From NCBI GenBank assembly GCA_942493175.1, contig OW818672.1:1603541-1667540 (forward strand): DNA of 64,000 bases. The letters run 5' to 3'. The translations under genes and the position numbers were made by a program. This stretch comes from Sulfurimonadaceae bacterium. GTDB taxonomy: Bacteria > Campylobacterota > Campylobacteria > Campylobacterales > Sulfurimonadaceae. The notes under the pieces are model-generated. The model did no database searches and had not been told where the DNA came from. It saw nothing but the letters and a program-made list of their open reading frames with translations. Positions 18,533 to 28,531 of the stretch are shown here, piece by piece (position 1 is the stretch's first letter; every line of letters starts with the position of its first letter).

Positions 18533-20076
18533 TTAGCCTCGACCCTGTCTCTACCGTCTTTTTTTGCTTTATACAGAGCTTCATCAGCCGATTTTATCAA
18601 ATTTTGAAGAGAGAAGTGTGTTTTTCTCTCACTTACTCCACAACTGACAGTAAGCTTTATATGATTATCTTTATACATCATACGAGCACTTTTAAGCTTA
18701 TTTCTAATTTTTTGTGCAAAAACTACTCCGCCATCAAGATCAGTTTCGCCAAGAATCGCCATAAACTCTTCACCGCCAAATCTTCCTATTATGTCAACGG
18801 TTCTAGCCTCATGTTTGAGTATTTTTGCAAAAGTAAACAGCACTGCATCTCCCGCATCATGTCCATATGTGTCATTTACCGATTTAAAGTGGTCAAGGTC
18901 AAAAAATACTACTGTAAAGTTATGTTCATATCTTTCAAACTCAGCCTCTTTAACATTCATCAACTCATCCAATGCGCGTTTATTGTAGAGTTTAGTTAAA
19001 AAATCTTCTCTTGATTGCTCTTTTGCACGCTCAAGCTCAAACTCTAGCTGCTCTATTTTTTTGCTAAGTACAGTTACTTCACCGCTATGTTTTTTAAGAT
19101 CTTTTGTGAGTGCTTGAGTGTTCTCTTCGAGTGCTACTGCTATGGTATATAATTTTTTATGTGCGACATTGAAATTTGCGCTTGTACTCTCATTTGAGTA
19201 GCTCTCAAGGTCCTTTTTTATCTTTTGTATCTCTAGGGTTGAGCTGTCAGAACTCTCTATCATCTCTATAAGTTTAAGAGAGAGTCTATCTAAAACCCCG
19301 TCGATTGATTCAATCATATCTTTTACGCTCTGTTTATCAAGAGCTATTCTCAGAGATATTGCAGATTTTATCTCATCTGCAATAGTAGCACTCTCTAAAA
19401 GTGCAGGATTTTTTTGAATTTTTTGACTTATCTCCGCTATCTTCTCATTTATATCAGAAGCGATAGAGGGAACCAGTGATGAGACTAGAAGCGAAGCCAC
19501 TTTAGAGAGTTCAAATGAGTTAAAAGGTTTTGCAGAAACATCAGCTAAATTTAAATTTTGAACACTTTTTTTTAAGTCACTGCTATCAATATCTCCAAAT
19601 AATTTTAATATCTGTAAAAACGAATCATCGTAAGTTCCTACAAAATTAACCCATAACTGTACAAACTGCTCCATTTCAGCAATCGAAGGCTCTCTACCCA
19701 ACAAGTCTAGGCTTTTTCTTGCCAACTCAGAGGCTTCCCTGTTATGAAGCACTTCGATAGCTTGGAGCACTCTTTTTGTGAATGCAGTTTGAGTCTCCAA
19801 TAAATTTGAGCAGTGTGAGGGGTTTGTTCTATTTAATTTAGAGATTAAAAAGTGTGCTAACTCAGAGATTGTTTTTATATGATATTTTTTTAACTCATCT
19901 TGAAACTCTTTATTGAGCATAGATTTAAATTTATCTAACTTAGCGCAATCTTCAACTCTAAAACCTGCGCTGGCAGCCTCTTTACAAAAAGCTTCCGTGT
20001 AAAAATCAGGCGTTAGAAGTTTACCTTCAAGCTCCAATCTTTTAATAGCTTTTTTAATAATTGTTTGAATATTCAT
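18529..20076 (-). CDS. Diguanylate cyclase (long helical N-terminal region plus GGDEF)
   Basis: FDLDHFKSVNDTYGHDAGD, I-site RTVD five residues before GGEEF, and a coiled-coil linker. 4-nt overlap with folC. Confidence 0.85.
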   Translation of the reverse strand: MNIQTIIKKAIKRLELEGKLLTPDFYTEAFCKEAASAGFRVEDCAKLDKFKSMLNKEFQDELKKYHIKTISELAHFLISKLNRTNPSHCSNLLETQTAFTKRVLQAIEVLHNREASELARKSLDLLGREPSIAEMEQFVQLWVNFVGTYDDSFLQILKLFGDIDSSDLKKSVQNLNLADVSAKPFNSFELSKVASLLVSSLVPSIASDINEKIAEISQKIQKNPALLESATIADEIKSAISLRIALDKQSVKDMIESIDGVLDRLSLKLIEMIESSDSSTLEIQKIKKDLESYSNESTSANFNVAHKKLYTIAVALEENTQALTKDLKKHSGEVTVLSKKIEQLEFELERAKEQSREDFLTKLYNKRALDELMNVKEAEFERYEHNFTVVFFDLDHFKSVNDTYGHDAGDAVLFTFAKILKHEARTVDIIGRFGGEEFMAILGETDLDGGVVFAQKIRNKLKSARMMYKDNHIKLTVSCGVSERKTHFSLQNLIKSADEALYKAKKDGRDRVEAK

Positions 20077-20085
20077 AACATCTCC

Positions 20086-20610
20086 CTATTTTTTAGCTCT
20101 AGCTCCCTCAGCAGAAACCTGCGCTATGAACGATTTTATAGCTCTTTGTGCGCCATTACCTATTGCGTCAAATCTATCCTGATCTGTCACAATAGCGTTT
20201 GGAGCTACTGAAAAGTCATAAAAACCTTTAGTATTATAACTTTTTGATGAACCGTTAGTGTGCTTAACAATATTTAAAACAACACTCATTCTATAACTAA
20301 TAACAAAACCGTTCTCATCATAAACAATCGGTGAGTATGTTGGTTTGCCCATTTTTAAAACAAGGTGCGTATCTGAGAGCTCTTTGCTAACCAGTGACGC
20401 TTGAAATACTTCTATAACCGCTCTATCAACAGCATCTTTAATTACAACAGTATTTTGAGGATCTTCCGCTGAGATAATGACGCTTGTACTTATTTTCTCT
20501 CCGAGAGTATCACGAGAAAACTTAGCGCTAGGAGCATATCCGCATCCGCTTATAACAACAAGGAGCAAAAATAACAACAGCACTCTTTTTAGAAATGAGA
20601 ATTGTTTCAA
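20086..20610 (-). CDS. lptE: LPS-assembly lipoprotein LptE (probable)
   Basis: Lipobox VISGC after the signal peptide. About 170 aa, placed 2 nt downstream of leuS as in the conserved leuS-lptE arrangement. Confidence 0.55.
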   Translation of the reverse strand: MKQFSFLKRVLLLFLLLVVISGCGYAPSAKFSRDTLGEKISTSVIISAEDPQNTVVIKDAVDRAVIEVFQASLVSKELSDTHLVLKMGKPTYSPIVYDENGFVISYRMSVVLNIVKHTNGSSKSYNTKGFYDFSVAPNAIVTDQDRFDAIGNGAQRAIKSFIAQVSAEGARAKK

Positions 20611-20612
20611 AA

Positions 20613-23084
20613 CTAATCCTTAATAACCAAATTTACAAGCTTTTTAGGAACTACAATCTCTTTGATTATAGTCTTGCCCTCAAGCCATTTATGAGCAGTT
20701 TGCTTAGCAATTTCAAGAATATTATCTTGTGATGCGTCAATCGCAACCTCTATCTCACATCTTCTTTTTCCGTTGATTGATACTCCAAGCATTATAGACT
20801 CTTCTTCAAAAACTTCTTCTATAACTTTCTGCGGTACTAAATTTTTAAAAGAGAATTTTTGACTGCTTATTTCCCAGCAAACATGCGGGATTACAGGCTC
20901 CATAATTGAGGTTAATATCCAATAGCCCTCACTCCAAACATCACTGTTTGATTGCAGGTTTAGTGCATTCATAGCTTCCATAACACCGGCAATCATAGTG
21001 TTAAAGGTATATTTCTCTTTGTAAATATCCTCTGCACGAACTAATGCTTCATACACTTTTTTTCTGGCAAACTTCTCTTCTTTGGTAAGCTTAGAGTGCA
21101 AAATAGCAGGAATCGCATCTGTCTTGTAAACATTAGCACTTCTCTCAAAAAATCTTTTTATAAATTTGTAAGCGCCCTCAACCGCATTGTCATTCCACTC
21201 CAACTCTTGTGTCGGAGGTGCTGCAAAAAGTATAAAAAGTCTTGCCGTATCAGCGCCATACTTCTCTATAATGGCATCAGGGTCAACCGTATTGCCTTTA
21301 GACTTGCTCATTTTAGCGCCGTCTTTTAGTACCATTCCCTGAGTAAGGAGTTTATCAAATGGCTCGTCAAAATCCAAATATCCTAAATCACGAAATACTT
21401 TTGTAAAAAATCTTGCATAAAGCAGATGTAAAATCGCATGTTCTATCCCACCGATATAGTGGTCAACGCCTTCATGCCCTTTTCTGTGCATCCAGTACTT
21501 AATCTGCTCTTTTGAAAAAGCCTCTTTTTCCCAGTTTTTTGGTGATGCGCAGAAGCGTAAAAAATACCAGCTTGACTCTACAAATGTATCCATAGTGTCA
21601 GTTTCGCGAATAGCATCTTTGCCACACTCTGGACATTTACAATATTTCCATGTGGGATGATTTTCAAGCGGGTTTCCCTCTCCTGTTATTTGAATATCTT
21701 CTGGAAGAGCAACCGGCAGATTTTCTTTCTTCTCCATAACAATTCCGCAATCATGACAGTGAACAAAAGGAATTGGCGCACCCCAATATCTCTGTCTTGA
21801 AACACCCCAATCTTTTAATCTGAAGTTTGTTGTTTTTTTACCGATTTTTTGCGCCTCAAAATAGTCTATTATTTTTGACTGAGCCTCTTTTGAGCTCATT
21901 CCGTCAAAAGACCCAGAGTTAAAAAGTTCACCTACTTCGGTAAAGGCTTTATCTAAATGCAACTCATCATTAAAAGGTTTGATAACTGCATTTATGGGCA
22001 AATTATATTTTTTAGCAAAATCAAAATCTCTCTCATCGTGTGCCGGAACAGCCATAACAGCGCCGCTTCCGTAATCCATCAAAACAAAATTGGCAACCCA
22101 GATAGGAACCGATTTTTTAGTCAGCAGATGGAGTACATGTAAATTTAGTGAAACACCGCTTTTTTCTTTTTGTCTATCAATTGACGAAGCATTCTTCATC
22201 TCCTTGATTTTTTCAATTGTTTCACTATCGAGAAGTGAATTTTCAATCATATAGCTTACAATCTCGTGCTCAGGAGCTAACGCTGCGTAACTCACGCCGT
22301 ATATCGTATCAGGGCGGGTTGTAAATACACTAAATCCGTCAAACTTAAGATTTAACTTCTCTTGGGATTTTTCATCAAAGTGGAGCTTAAACTCTAAACC
22401 GTTTGATTTGCCTATCCAGTTCTCCTGCATAGTAAGAACCTGCTTCGGCCAACCGCCCTCAAGCTTACTTAAATCAGAGAGAAGCTCATCGCCATACTGA
22501 GTGATTTTAAAGTAGTACTGATTCATATCTTTTTTAACTACGACAGTGTCACATCTCCAGCATGAGCCGTCTATTACCTGCTCATTTGCCAAAACCGTAT
22601 GACAACTCGGGCACCAGTTTAAAAAACCTTTTTTTCTATACAAAAGACCTTTTTCATACATATCGATAATGAAGCCCTGCTCAAACTTAGTGTAAAGCTC
22701 ATCGCTTGTTGCCATATCACGCTCTTTTGAGAATGAAAACCCGAGCGATTTAAACTCGCCCCTCATATAGTTTATATTGTCGTAAGTCCATTTTTTTGGA
22801 TGTGAGCCGTTTTTAATTGCAGCATTTTCAGCGGGCATACCAAAACTGTCAAAACCGATTGGATGAAGAACATTAAAGCCCTGCTGACGGTAGTACCTTG
22901 CAAAAGTATCGCTTAAAGTATAGTTCCTGACATGTCCCATATGAAGGCGCCCGCTTGGAAACGGAAACATACTGAGTATATACTTCTTAGGTTTTGTAAA
23001 ATCTTCATTAGGCTCAAAACTTCTATTTTTTTCCCAGTAGTTCTGCCACTGCTTTTCTAACTCTTTTGAACTATAATTCAACAC
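20613..23084 (-). CDS. leuS: Leucine--tRNA ligase
   Basis: HMGH (HIGH-type) motif, KMSKS, and a CP1 editing domain. 823 aa. Confidence 0.97.
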   Translation of the reverse strand: MLNYSSKELEKQWQNYWEKNRSFEPNEDFTKPKKYILSMFPFPSGRLHMGHVRNYTLSDTFARYYRQQGFNVLHPIGFDSFGMPAENAAIKNGSHPKKWTYDNINYMRGEFKSLGFSFSKERDMATSDELYTKFEQGFIIDMYEKGLLYRKKGFLNWCPSCHTVLANEQVIDGSCWRCDTVVVKKDMNQYYFKITQYGDELLSDLSKLEGGWPKQVLTMQENWIGKSNGLEFKLHFDEKSQEKLNLKFDGFSVFTTRPDTIYGVSYAALAPEHEIVSYMIENSLLDSETIEKIKEMKNASSIDRQKEKSGVSLNLHVLHLLTKKSVPIWVANFVLMDYGSGAVMAVPAHDERDFDFAKKYNLPINAVIKPFNDELHLDKAFTEVGELFNSGSFDGMSSKEAQSKIIDYFEAQKIGKKTTNFRLKDWGVSRQRYWGAPIPFVHCHDCGIVMEKKENLPVALPEDIQITGEGNPLENHPTWKYCKCPECGKDAIRETDTMDTFVESSWYFLRFCASPKNWEKEAFSKEQIKYWMHRKGHEGVDHYIGGIEHAILHLLYARFFTKVFRDLGYLDFDEPFDKLLTQGMVLKDGAKMSKSKGNTVDPDAIIEKYGADTARLFILFAAPPTQELEWNDNAVEGAYKFIKRFFERSANVYKTDAIPAILHSKLTKEEKFARKKVYEALVRAEDIYKEKYTFNTMIAGVMEAMNALNLQSNSDVWSEGYWILTSIMEPVIPHVCWEISSQKFSFKNLVPQKVIEEVFEEESIMLGVSINGKRRCEIEVAIDASQDNILEIAKQTAHKWLEGKTIIKEIVVPKKLVNLVIKD

Positions 23085-23090
23085 TCTCTC

Positions 23091-23429
23091 CTAATACTCA
23101 TCACGATTTTTTGAGCTCTCTATATAAACAAGTCCTATTGAGAATACATTCGCAATTAATGCACCGATTGCCAATGCAATAGCCCATGTTAAATTACCGA
23201 CAACTTCCAGATAGATAAATGCCGGTATAAGGTGTAAATCAGCAACTAAAGATGAGGCTAAAAGCTCTGCTGAGAGAAGATTTCTAACACCGATTTTCAA
23301 AAATGTTGAAATTAAGTTTAAACTGCCTGCAACAAAGAGAGCAACAGCACTATGCTCATACAAAAAACCGGCAATTGATGTTAAACTCATCAATGAAAAA
23401 AATACATATATTACCTTGCCCCAATCCAT
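23091..23429 (-). CDS. Small integral membrane protein, unknown function
   Basis: 112 aa with about four hydrophobic helices. 6 nt upstream of leuS on the same strand. Confidence 0.5.
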   Translation of the reverse strand: MDWGKVIYVFFSLMSLTSIAGFLYEHSAVALFVAGSLNLISTFLKIGVRNLLSAELLASSLVADLHLIPAFIYLEVVGNLTWAIALAIGALIANVFSIGLVYIESSKNRDEY

Positions 23430-23637
23430 ATTGACACCTTAGCTCTAAAATAAATTAGGAAAATTATACAAAAAGTATCTTAAAATGTAGATTTTATGAC
23501 ATTTGATGTCCCATAAATATTCTTTATAATTGTGAATTTTTACCTCATTGTGATTTTTTTGTGATTATTTTTTACCGTTTAATGATAGATATATTTTAAA
23601 TTTGGTACCTTATGCAAAATTAAAAAAGGATGACTTA

Positions 23638-24156
23638 ATGAAAAAGTTACTGTTAAGTGTTTTGTTACTGCTCGCTAGTTCTTCATTTGCGAATGAAGTA
23701 TATAAAAAAGAGGTTACAACTCCGCATGATGTTTACATGAAAGAGTTTAAAAGTGCTATTGAAAAAAATCATATGAATGTTTTGTATGAATTGGATTTGA
23801 TTAAAAAGTTTAAAGATTCAGGTTATGCTAAAAAATTTGGTGCTGATTTTAATAAAAACAAATTAACGGCTGCAACGACAATTTTACTCTGTAACGGATA
23901 TATTGGAAATCAAATTTCAAACATTGACGCAGAGATGATGTCACTATGCCCTATAAAAGTCAGTATCATAAGTGATGGAAAAAGCACAAAGATTATATAC
24001 ACAAAATATACAGGTGCTTCAACAAATAAAGAAATTATGGCTTTATTGAAAACTCTTGATGAAGTAGTTATAAATACGATTGATTTGACAACAAGTAAAT
24101 ATATGGAAAAAGCTTTTTCTAGCGACTCAATTGAAAATCGTCATACCGATCACTAA
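23638..24156 (+). CDS. Secreted DUF302-like protein
   Basis: Signal peptide MKKLLLSVLLLLASSSFA. The ILLCNGYIGNQI...LCPIKVSIISDGKSTKIIY pattern resembles DUF302. The ATG at 23638 with AAGGA upstream is preferred to the TTG at 23602. Confidence 0.5.
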   Translation: MKKLLLSVLLLLASSSFANEVYKKEVTTPHDVYMKEFKSAIEKNHMNVLYELDLIKKFKDSGYAKKFGADFNKNKLTAATTILLCNGYIGNQISNIDAEMMSLCPIKVSIISDGKSTKIIYTKYTGASTNKEIMALLKTLDEVVINTIDLTTSKYMEKAFSSDSIENRHTDH

Positions 24157-24161
24157 AAAAC

Positions 24162-24188
24162 AAAATCATCTCTAGCAGAGATGATTTT
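24162..24188. terminator. Perfect 12-bp hairpin, bidirectional rho-independent terminator candidate
   Basis: aaaatcatctct-agc-agagatgatttt. A-run and T-run lie at the stem ends. It is located between convergent genes. Confidence 0.6.
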
Positions 24189-24324
24189 TAAACAAATTTC
24201 CTAGAGCGTCCCAGACTCAAACTGAGCCCACTACTTTTTTCTCACATAACCTGAACAAAGTCCAGTTTATGCTCAATCACTAAAGCCTCAGCTACCGCTG
24301 AGAAATGAGAGCTTTTGAAATATC

Positions 24325-25296
24325 TTATATACTTCCAGACTCAAACTGAGCTCTCATTTTCTCTTTTTCTGCTTTGTTTTTTACCTTTTCTGCCATTTTT
24401 TGACGATAAGCTCCCACATCAAACCCTGTCCATACGACAAGTTGAGCAGCCACGAAAATTGAACTGTATGTTCCTATGATTACACCTACCAACATCGGGA
24501 AACTAAAGCCGAGCATGATATCGCCGCCAAAAACATATAGCGTTAATACAACGAAGAATACCGTAAGTGAAGTAAGAGTTGTACGAGATTGTGTACGAGA
24601 AACGGCCTCGTTGATAACATGAACAAAATCTGTCTCTTTTGACTCTTCTATATTCTCACGAACACGGTCATAAACAATGATGGTGTCATGGATGGAGTAG
24701 CCTAAAATCATAAGCAGTGCAGCAACGCTCTCAATATTAAAATCAACCTCAAAATAAGAGACAAATCCAAAAGTTATAATAATATCATGAACAATAGCAA
24801 TAATAGCCGCTAGTGCAAAACGCCACTCATAACGAAATGTCACCGTTGCCATAATTGCCAACAGCGTCAATAAAAATGCAGTAAGACCTTTTACCCGCAG
24901 CTCATCTCCCACTTTTGGTCCAACCATATCAACACGGCGAATCTCAAACTCACCGGTATCTTTTAAAATCTCTTTAGTTGTATCGCCTATGTCATTACTT
25001 AAACCGACAGTTGATGCCGGAGTTTTAATAACTATCTCTTGCGATGAACCAAATTCACTTACTGTTGCATGTTCAAAAAGTTCACTTTTTTTAAGGCTCT
25101 CTCGAATTTTAGCAATCGGAGCATCCTGTGTGTATTTTACCTGAACAACTGTTCCGCCCGTAAAATCGATACCGAATGAAAACCCTTTTGTTGCAATAAG
25201 AGCAATTGAGATAAAAAATAGAACAAAAGATGCAATAAAAAAGATTTTTCCTTTTCCTAAAAAGTTATAAACTTTGTCTTCTTTAAAAAGTTCCAT
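24325..25296 (-). CDS. secF: Protein translocase subunit SecF
   Basis: GIDFTGGT, and six-TM SecD/F architecture. The start at MELFKED is chosen because it lies just after the secD stop. Confidence 0.9.
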   Translation of the reverse strand: MELFKEDKVYNFLGKGKIFFIASFVLFFISIALIATKGFSFGIDFTGGTVVQVKYTQDAPIAKIRESLKKSELFEHATVSEFGSSQEIVIKTPASTVGLSNDIGDTTKEILKDTGEFEIRRVDMVGPKVGDELRVKGLTAFLLTLLAIMATVTFRYEWRFALAAIIAIVHDIIITFGFVSYFEVDFNIESVAALLMILGYSIHDTIIVYDRVRENIEESKETDFVHVINEAVSRTQSRTTLTSLTVFFVVLTLYVFGGDIMLGFSFPMLVGVIIGTYSSIFVAAQLVVWTGFDVGAYRQKMAEKVKNKAEKEKMRAQFESGSI

Positions 25297-25298
25297 AT

Positions 25299-26882
25299 TT
25301 ACGCTACCTTTCTTTTTGACATACCAAACCACATCGTGTAGTTTTTATTCTTTTCAATGTTACTCATGAAAAACTGATATATGCCGTAAGTACCGACAAT
25401 CGCCGTTAGCATTGATGCCAAAAGACCCATGCTGAGCGTTACTGCAAACCCTTTAATAGCTCCGGTTCCGTAAACATACAAAATTGTACATGCCAATATT
25501 TGTGTTATATTTGAGTCTAAAATTGCGCGCATTGCTTTTCTATACCCTTCGGAAATTGCTCTGCTTGGAGGAATTCCTGCACGCAGACCCTCTCGGATCC
25601 TCTCATTAATAATAATATTTGAGTCAACCGCAAGTCCAATATGCAACACTATACCAGCCATACCCGGTAGTGTAAGCGTTGCGCCAAGCAGTGAAATCAG
25701 TCCTAAGATAATAAAAAGATTTATTATAACTGCTACATTGGCGATAACCCCTGCAAGTCCGTAATAAAACATCATAAATATAATAACAAGCACAAAACCG
25801 CTTACTAATGCAAGCAGTGCCGCTCGAATACTATCTGCTCCTAAACTAGGACCCACAGAGCGTTTTTCCATTACATAAATAGGTGCCAAAAGCGAACCGG
25901 AACGAAGAGCAATTGCTAAATCTTTTGCTTCTAAAACAGTGTAACTTCCCGAAATCTGTCCGCTACCGCCACCGATGCGCTCATTTATATTTGGAGCAGA
26001 ATATACCTTGCCATCAAGAACTACGGCTAGGCGCTTGCCGACATTTTTACCGGTAAAATCACCGAATATTTCAGCACCCTCTGCATTTAGGGTAAAGTTT
26101 ATCAAAGGACGGTTGTTTTGATCAAAACCGACATGTGCGTCTGTCAGCATTGAGCCCTCTAAAATAGGAATTTCACGAACAAGATATTTCATCTGTTGAT
26201 TTGCAGCATCTTCTAAAACAATATCGCCGTAAGTTGCAGCTTCATTACCGCTCATGCTGTAAACTCTAGCTGCTCTGTCTTCATCAACAGCCATAAGCTG
26301 GAGTTTAGCAGCACGAGAGATAAGCTCACGAGCTCTCTGCTCCTCTTCTACTGTTTTAATTCCAGCCAATTCAACCTGAATCTTATCTTTACCTTGTCGT
26401 GTAACGGACGGTTCTGATAGACCAAACTGATCAAGCCTGTTTCTAATCGTCTCAACTGCTTGTGAAACAGCTTGCTCGCTTGTTCTTAAAACTTCCTCAG
26501 GAGTAAGTGAAATAGAAATGTTTGTGCCATCTACATTAACAACACTTCCCTCCATCTCAGAGATAAAGTTTTTTACATTATTAACATCATCTTTATCCAA
26601 CAGCGCAATAGTTACGCTATCTTCATTAAAATTAAAAGAGTCAATCATAATGTCTTTTTTTTCACTAAAATTTTTGACACTTGCAGCAATTGATTTAATG
26701 CGAGAGACCACAGCTTCATCTGTTTTTACACCCAAAAGCATATACAATCCGCCCTGCAAATCAAGCCCAAGTGTAACTTTTTTGCCGCTCTCTAGTTGTA
26801 AAAGAGACGGAGCGGAGAAAACAAGACCAAAAACAAATGCGAGCGTAATGACAATTAAACGAAAATTAAGCTTCATCCTCAT
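25299..26882 (-). CDS. secD: Protein translocase subunit SecD
   Basis: LGLDLQGG, a periplasmic P1 domain and a C-terminal six-TM bundle. Confidence 0.9.
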   Translation of the reverse strand: MRMKLNFRLIVITLAFVFGLVFSAPSLLQLESGKKVTLGLDLQGGLYMLLGVKTDEAVVSRIKSIAASVKNFSEKKDIMIDSFNFNEDSVTIALLDKDDVNNVKNFISEMEGSVVNVDGTNISISLTPEEVLRTSEQAVSQAVETIRNRLDQFGLSEPSVTRQGKDKIQVELAGIKTVEEEQRARELISRAAKLQLMAVDEDRAARVYSMSGNEAATYGDIVLEDAANQQMKYLVREIPILEGSMLTDAHVGFDQNNRPLINFTLNAEGAEIFGDFTGKNVGKRLAVVLDGKVYSAPNINERIGGGSGQISGSYTVLEAKDLAIALRSGSLLAPIYVMEKRSVGPSLGADSIRAALLALVSGFVLVIIFMMFYYGLAGVIANVAVIINLFIILGLISLLGATLTLPGMAGIVLHIGLAVDSNIIINERIREGLRAGIPPSRAISEGYRKAMRAILDSNITQILACTILYVYGTGAIKGFAVTLSMGLLASMLTAIVGTYGIYQFFMSNIEKNKNYTMWFGMSKRKVA

Positions 26883-27132
26883 ACTTCCTAATAACAGAAT
26901 CTTTAGTCACCTTTACAGTTACATCCTCATTTATCTTTACCGATAAATATTGCTCTTCAACTTTGTACACAGTTACTATAAGTCCGCCTGAGGTAATCAC
27001 TTTGTCACCTTTTTTTAGAGCTTCAATCATTGCTTGACGGTTTTTTGCCTCTTTTTGTTGTGGGCGAATAATTACAAAATACATAATTGCAATTAAAAAT
27101 ACGAATGGTAATAGTTGGCTTATAATTTCCAT
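26866..27132 (-). CDS. yajC: Preprotein translocase subunit YajC
   Basis: 88 aa, single TM, IIRPQQK and GDKVITSGGL motifs. It lies upstream of secD. Confidence 0.85.
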   Translation of the reverse strand: MEIISQLLPFVFLIAIMYFVIIRPQQKEAKNRQAMIEALKKGDKVITSGGLIVTVYKVEEQYLSVKINEDVTVKVTKDSVIRKYEDEA

Positions 27133-27233
27133 GTGTCTGGGTTTCCTTTGAATAAATTGGGGGCATTGTACAAAAAGTATATTAATAAAAGACTGAATAC
27201 TGATATAATTCGCACCAAAAACAGAGTAAAAAA

Positions 27234-28472
27234 ATGATTAAAAAAATACAAAATATTAGAAATTCCTACAACCACTTACTATTTGACTTAACATTAGGAG
27301 TTGTAACAGCACTGCTTTTTAGCGCCTTTCTTTATCTGGAACACTTCGGCATCACTATAAAACTGCTAAATACTATTTTTGGGCTTTTTGCGCTGGCTCT
27401 TCTTTTATATATTCCAAAAAGAGCCGTTTTGGCAGCCGGCTTTTTTATAGGTCTTTTATGGTTTTACTGGATTGGATATAGCTTTAAATACAACGGCATA
27501 AACAATATGGAAACACTCATAACCATTACATTTATGTTTATCTATATGCTCTTTTTCGGTGTTTTGGCACTGACAAACAGTGTGGCAATCAGAGCTGTTT
27601 TTCTATTTGGTTTAACTTTTTTTGAGCCGGTAGATTTCAACTGGCTTCAGCCTGAAGTTCTGTTTGTGGATAGTTACATCGGCGTCTTTAAGTATCAGTT
27701 TGCAACTGTTTTACTTTCTCTCTCTTTGGTTAACTATATTAAAAATCCATACAGGTACGCTTCACTTTTAGTGCTTATTTTGGCATTTAACTTTAACCCT
27801 CCCATTCAAAAAGATGCGCCACTGAAAATTAAACTTGTTGCTACTGATATAACACAGGATATAAAATGGAAAAGAGATACGCTAGATGAAACTTTGCAAG
27901 CTGTCTATCAAGAGATTGAGAGTGCAACTGACAATGGCTATGACATAGTTGTTCTACCGGAATCCGTTTTTCCTTTTTTTATGAATGAAGCACCCCTTGT
28001 TATAGAGCATTTAAAAACTCTTTCATATGATATTGCTATCGTTGCCGGTTCACTATTGCGTGAAGAGAACCTGCATTACAATGTTACCTACAAATTTGAA
28101 AATGGCAATTTTGATGTGGCAAAGAAGATGATTCTTGTTCCTTTTGGAGAGTATATTCCTCTTCCAAAATTTGCAGAAAAATTTGTAAATGATATCTTTT
28201 TTGCAGGGGCATCTGACTTTAAAACGGCGACTGAGCCAACTGACTTTATTATCAAAGGTGTAAAATTTAGAAATGCCATCTGTTATGAAGCCACCCGCAA
28301 AGAGATATATGATGAAGATGTAGATTTCGTAATTGCAACTAGCAATAACGCTTGGTTTTATCCATCAATTGAGCCTACGCTTCAAAAGCTTCTTATAAGA
28401 TTTTATGCACGAAAAAACGGCACGACAGTCTATCATTCGGCGAACTGGAGCGGCACTGGAATCATAAAGTAA
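27234..28472 (+). CDS. lnt: Apolipoprotein N-acyltransferase
   Basis: Polytopic N-terminal half followed by a CN-hydrolase domain (VVLPESVFP, ICYEA). Confidence 0.8.
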   Translation: MIKKIQNIRNSYNHLLFDLTLGVVTALLFSAFLYLEHFGITIKLLNTIFGLFALALLLYIPKRAVLAAGFFIGLLWFYWIGYSFKYNGINNMETLITITFMFIYMLFFGVLALTNSVAIRAVFLFGLTFFEPVDFNWLQPEVLFVDSYIGVFKYQFATVLLSLSLVNYIKNPYRYASLLVLILAFNFNPPIQKDAPLKIKLVATDITQDIKWKRDTLDETLQAVYQEIESATDNGYDIVVLPESVFPFFMNEAPLVIEHLKTLSYDIAIVAGSLLREENLHYNVTYKFENGNFDVAKKMILVPFGEYIPLPKFAEKFVNDIFFAGASDFKTATEPTDFIIKGVKFRNAICYEATRKEIYDEDVDFVIATSNNAWFYPSIEPTLQKLLIRFYARKNGTTVYHSANWSGTGIIK

Positions 28473-28531
28473 CCTTTATTTGATATAATTTCTACCCTAT
28501 TACTAAAAATTATTTTTTATAAGGTTTTATA

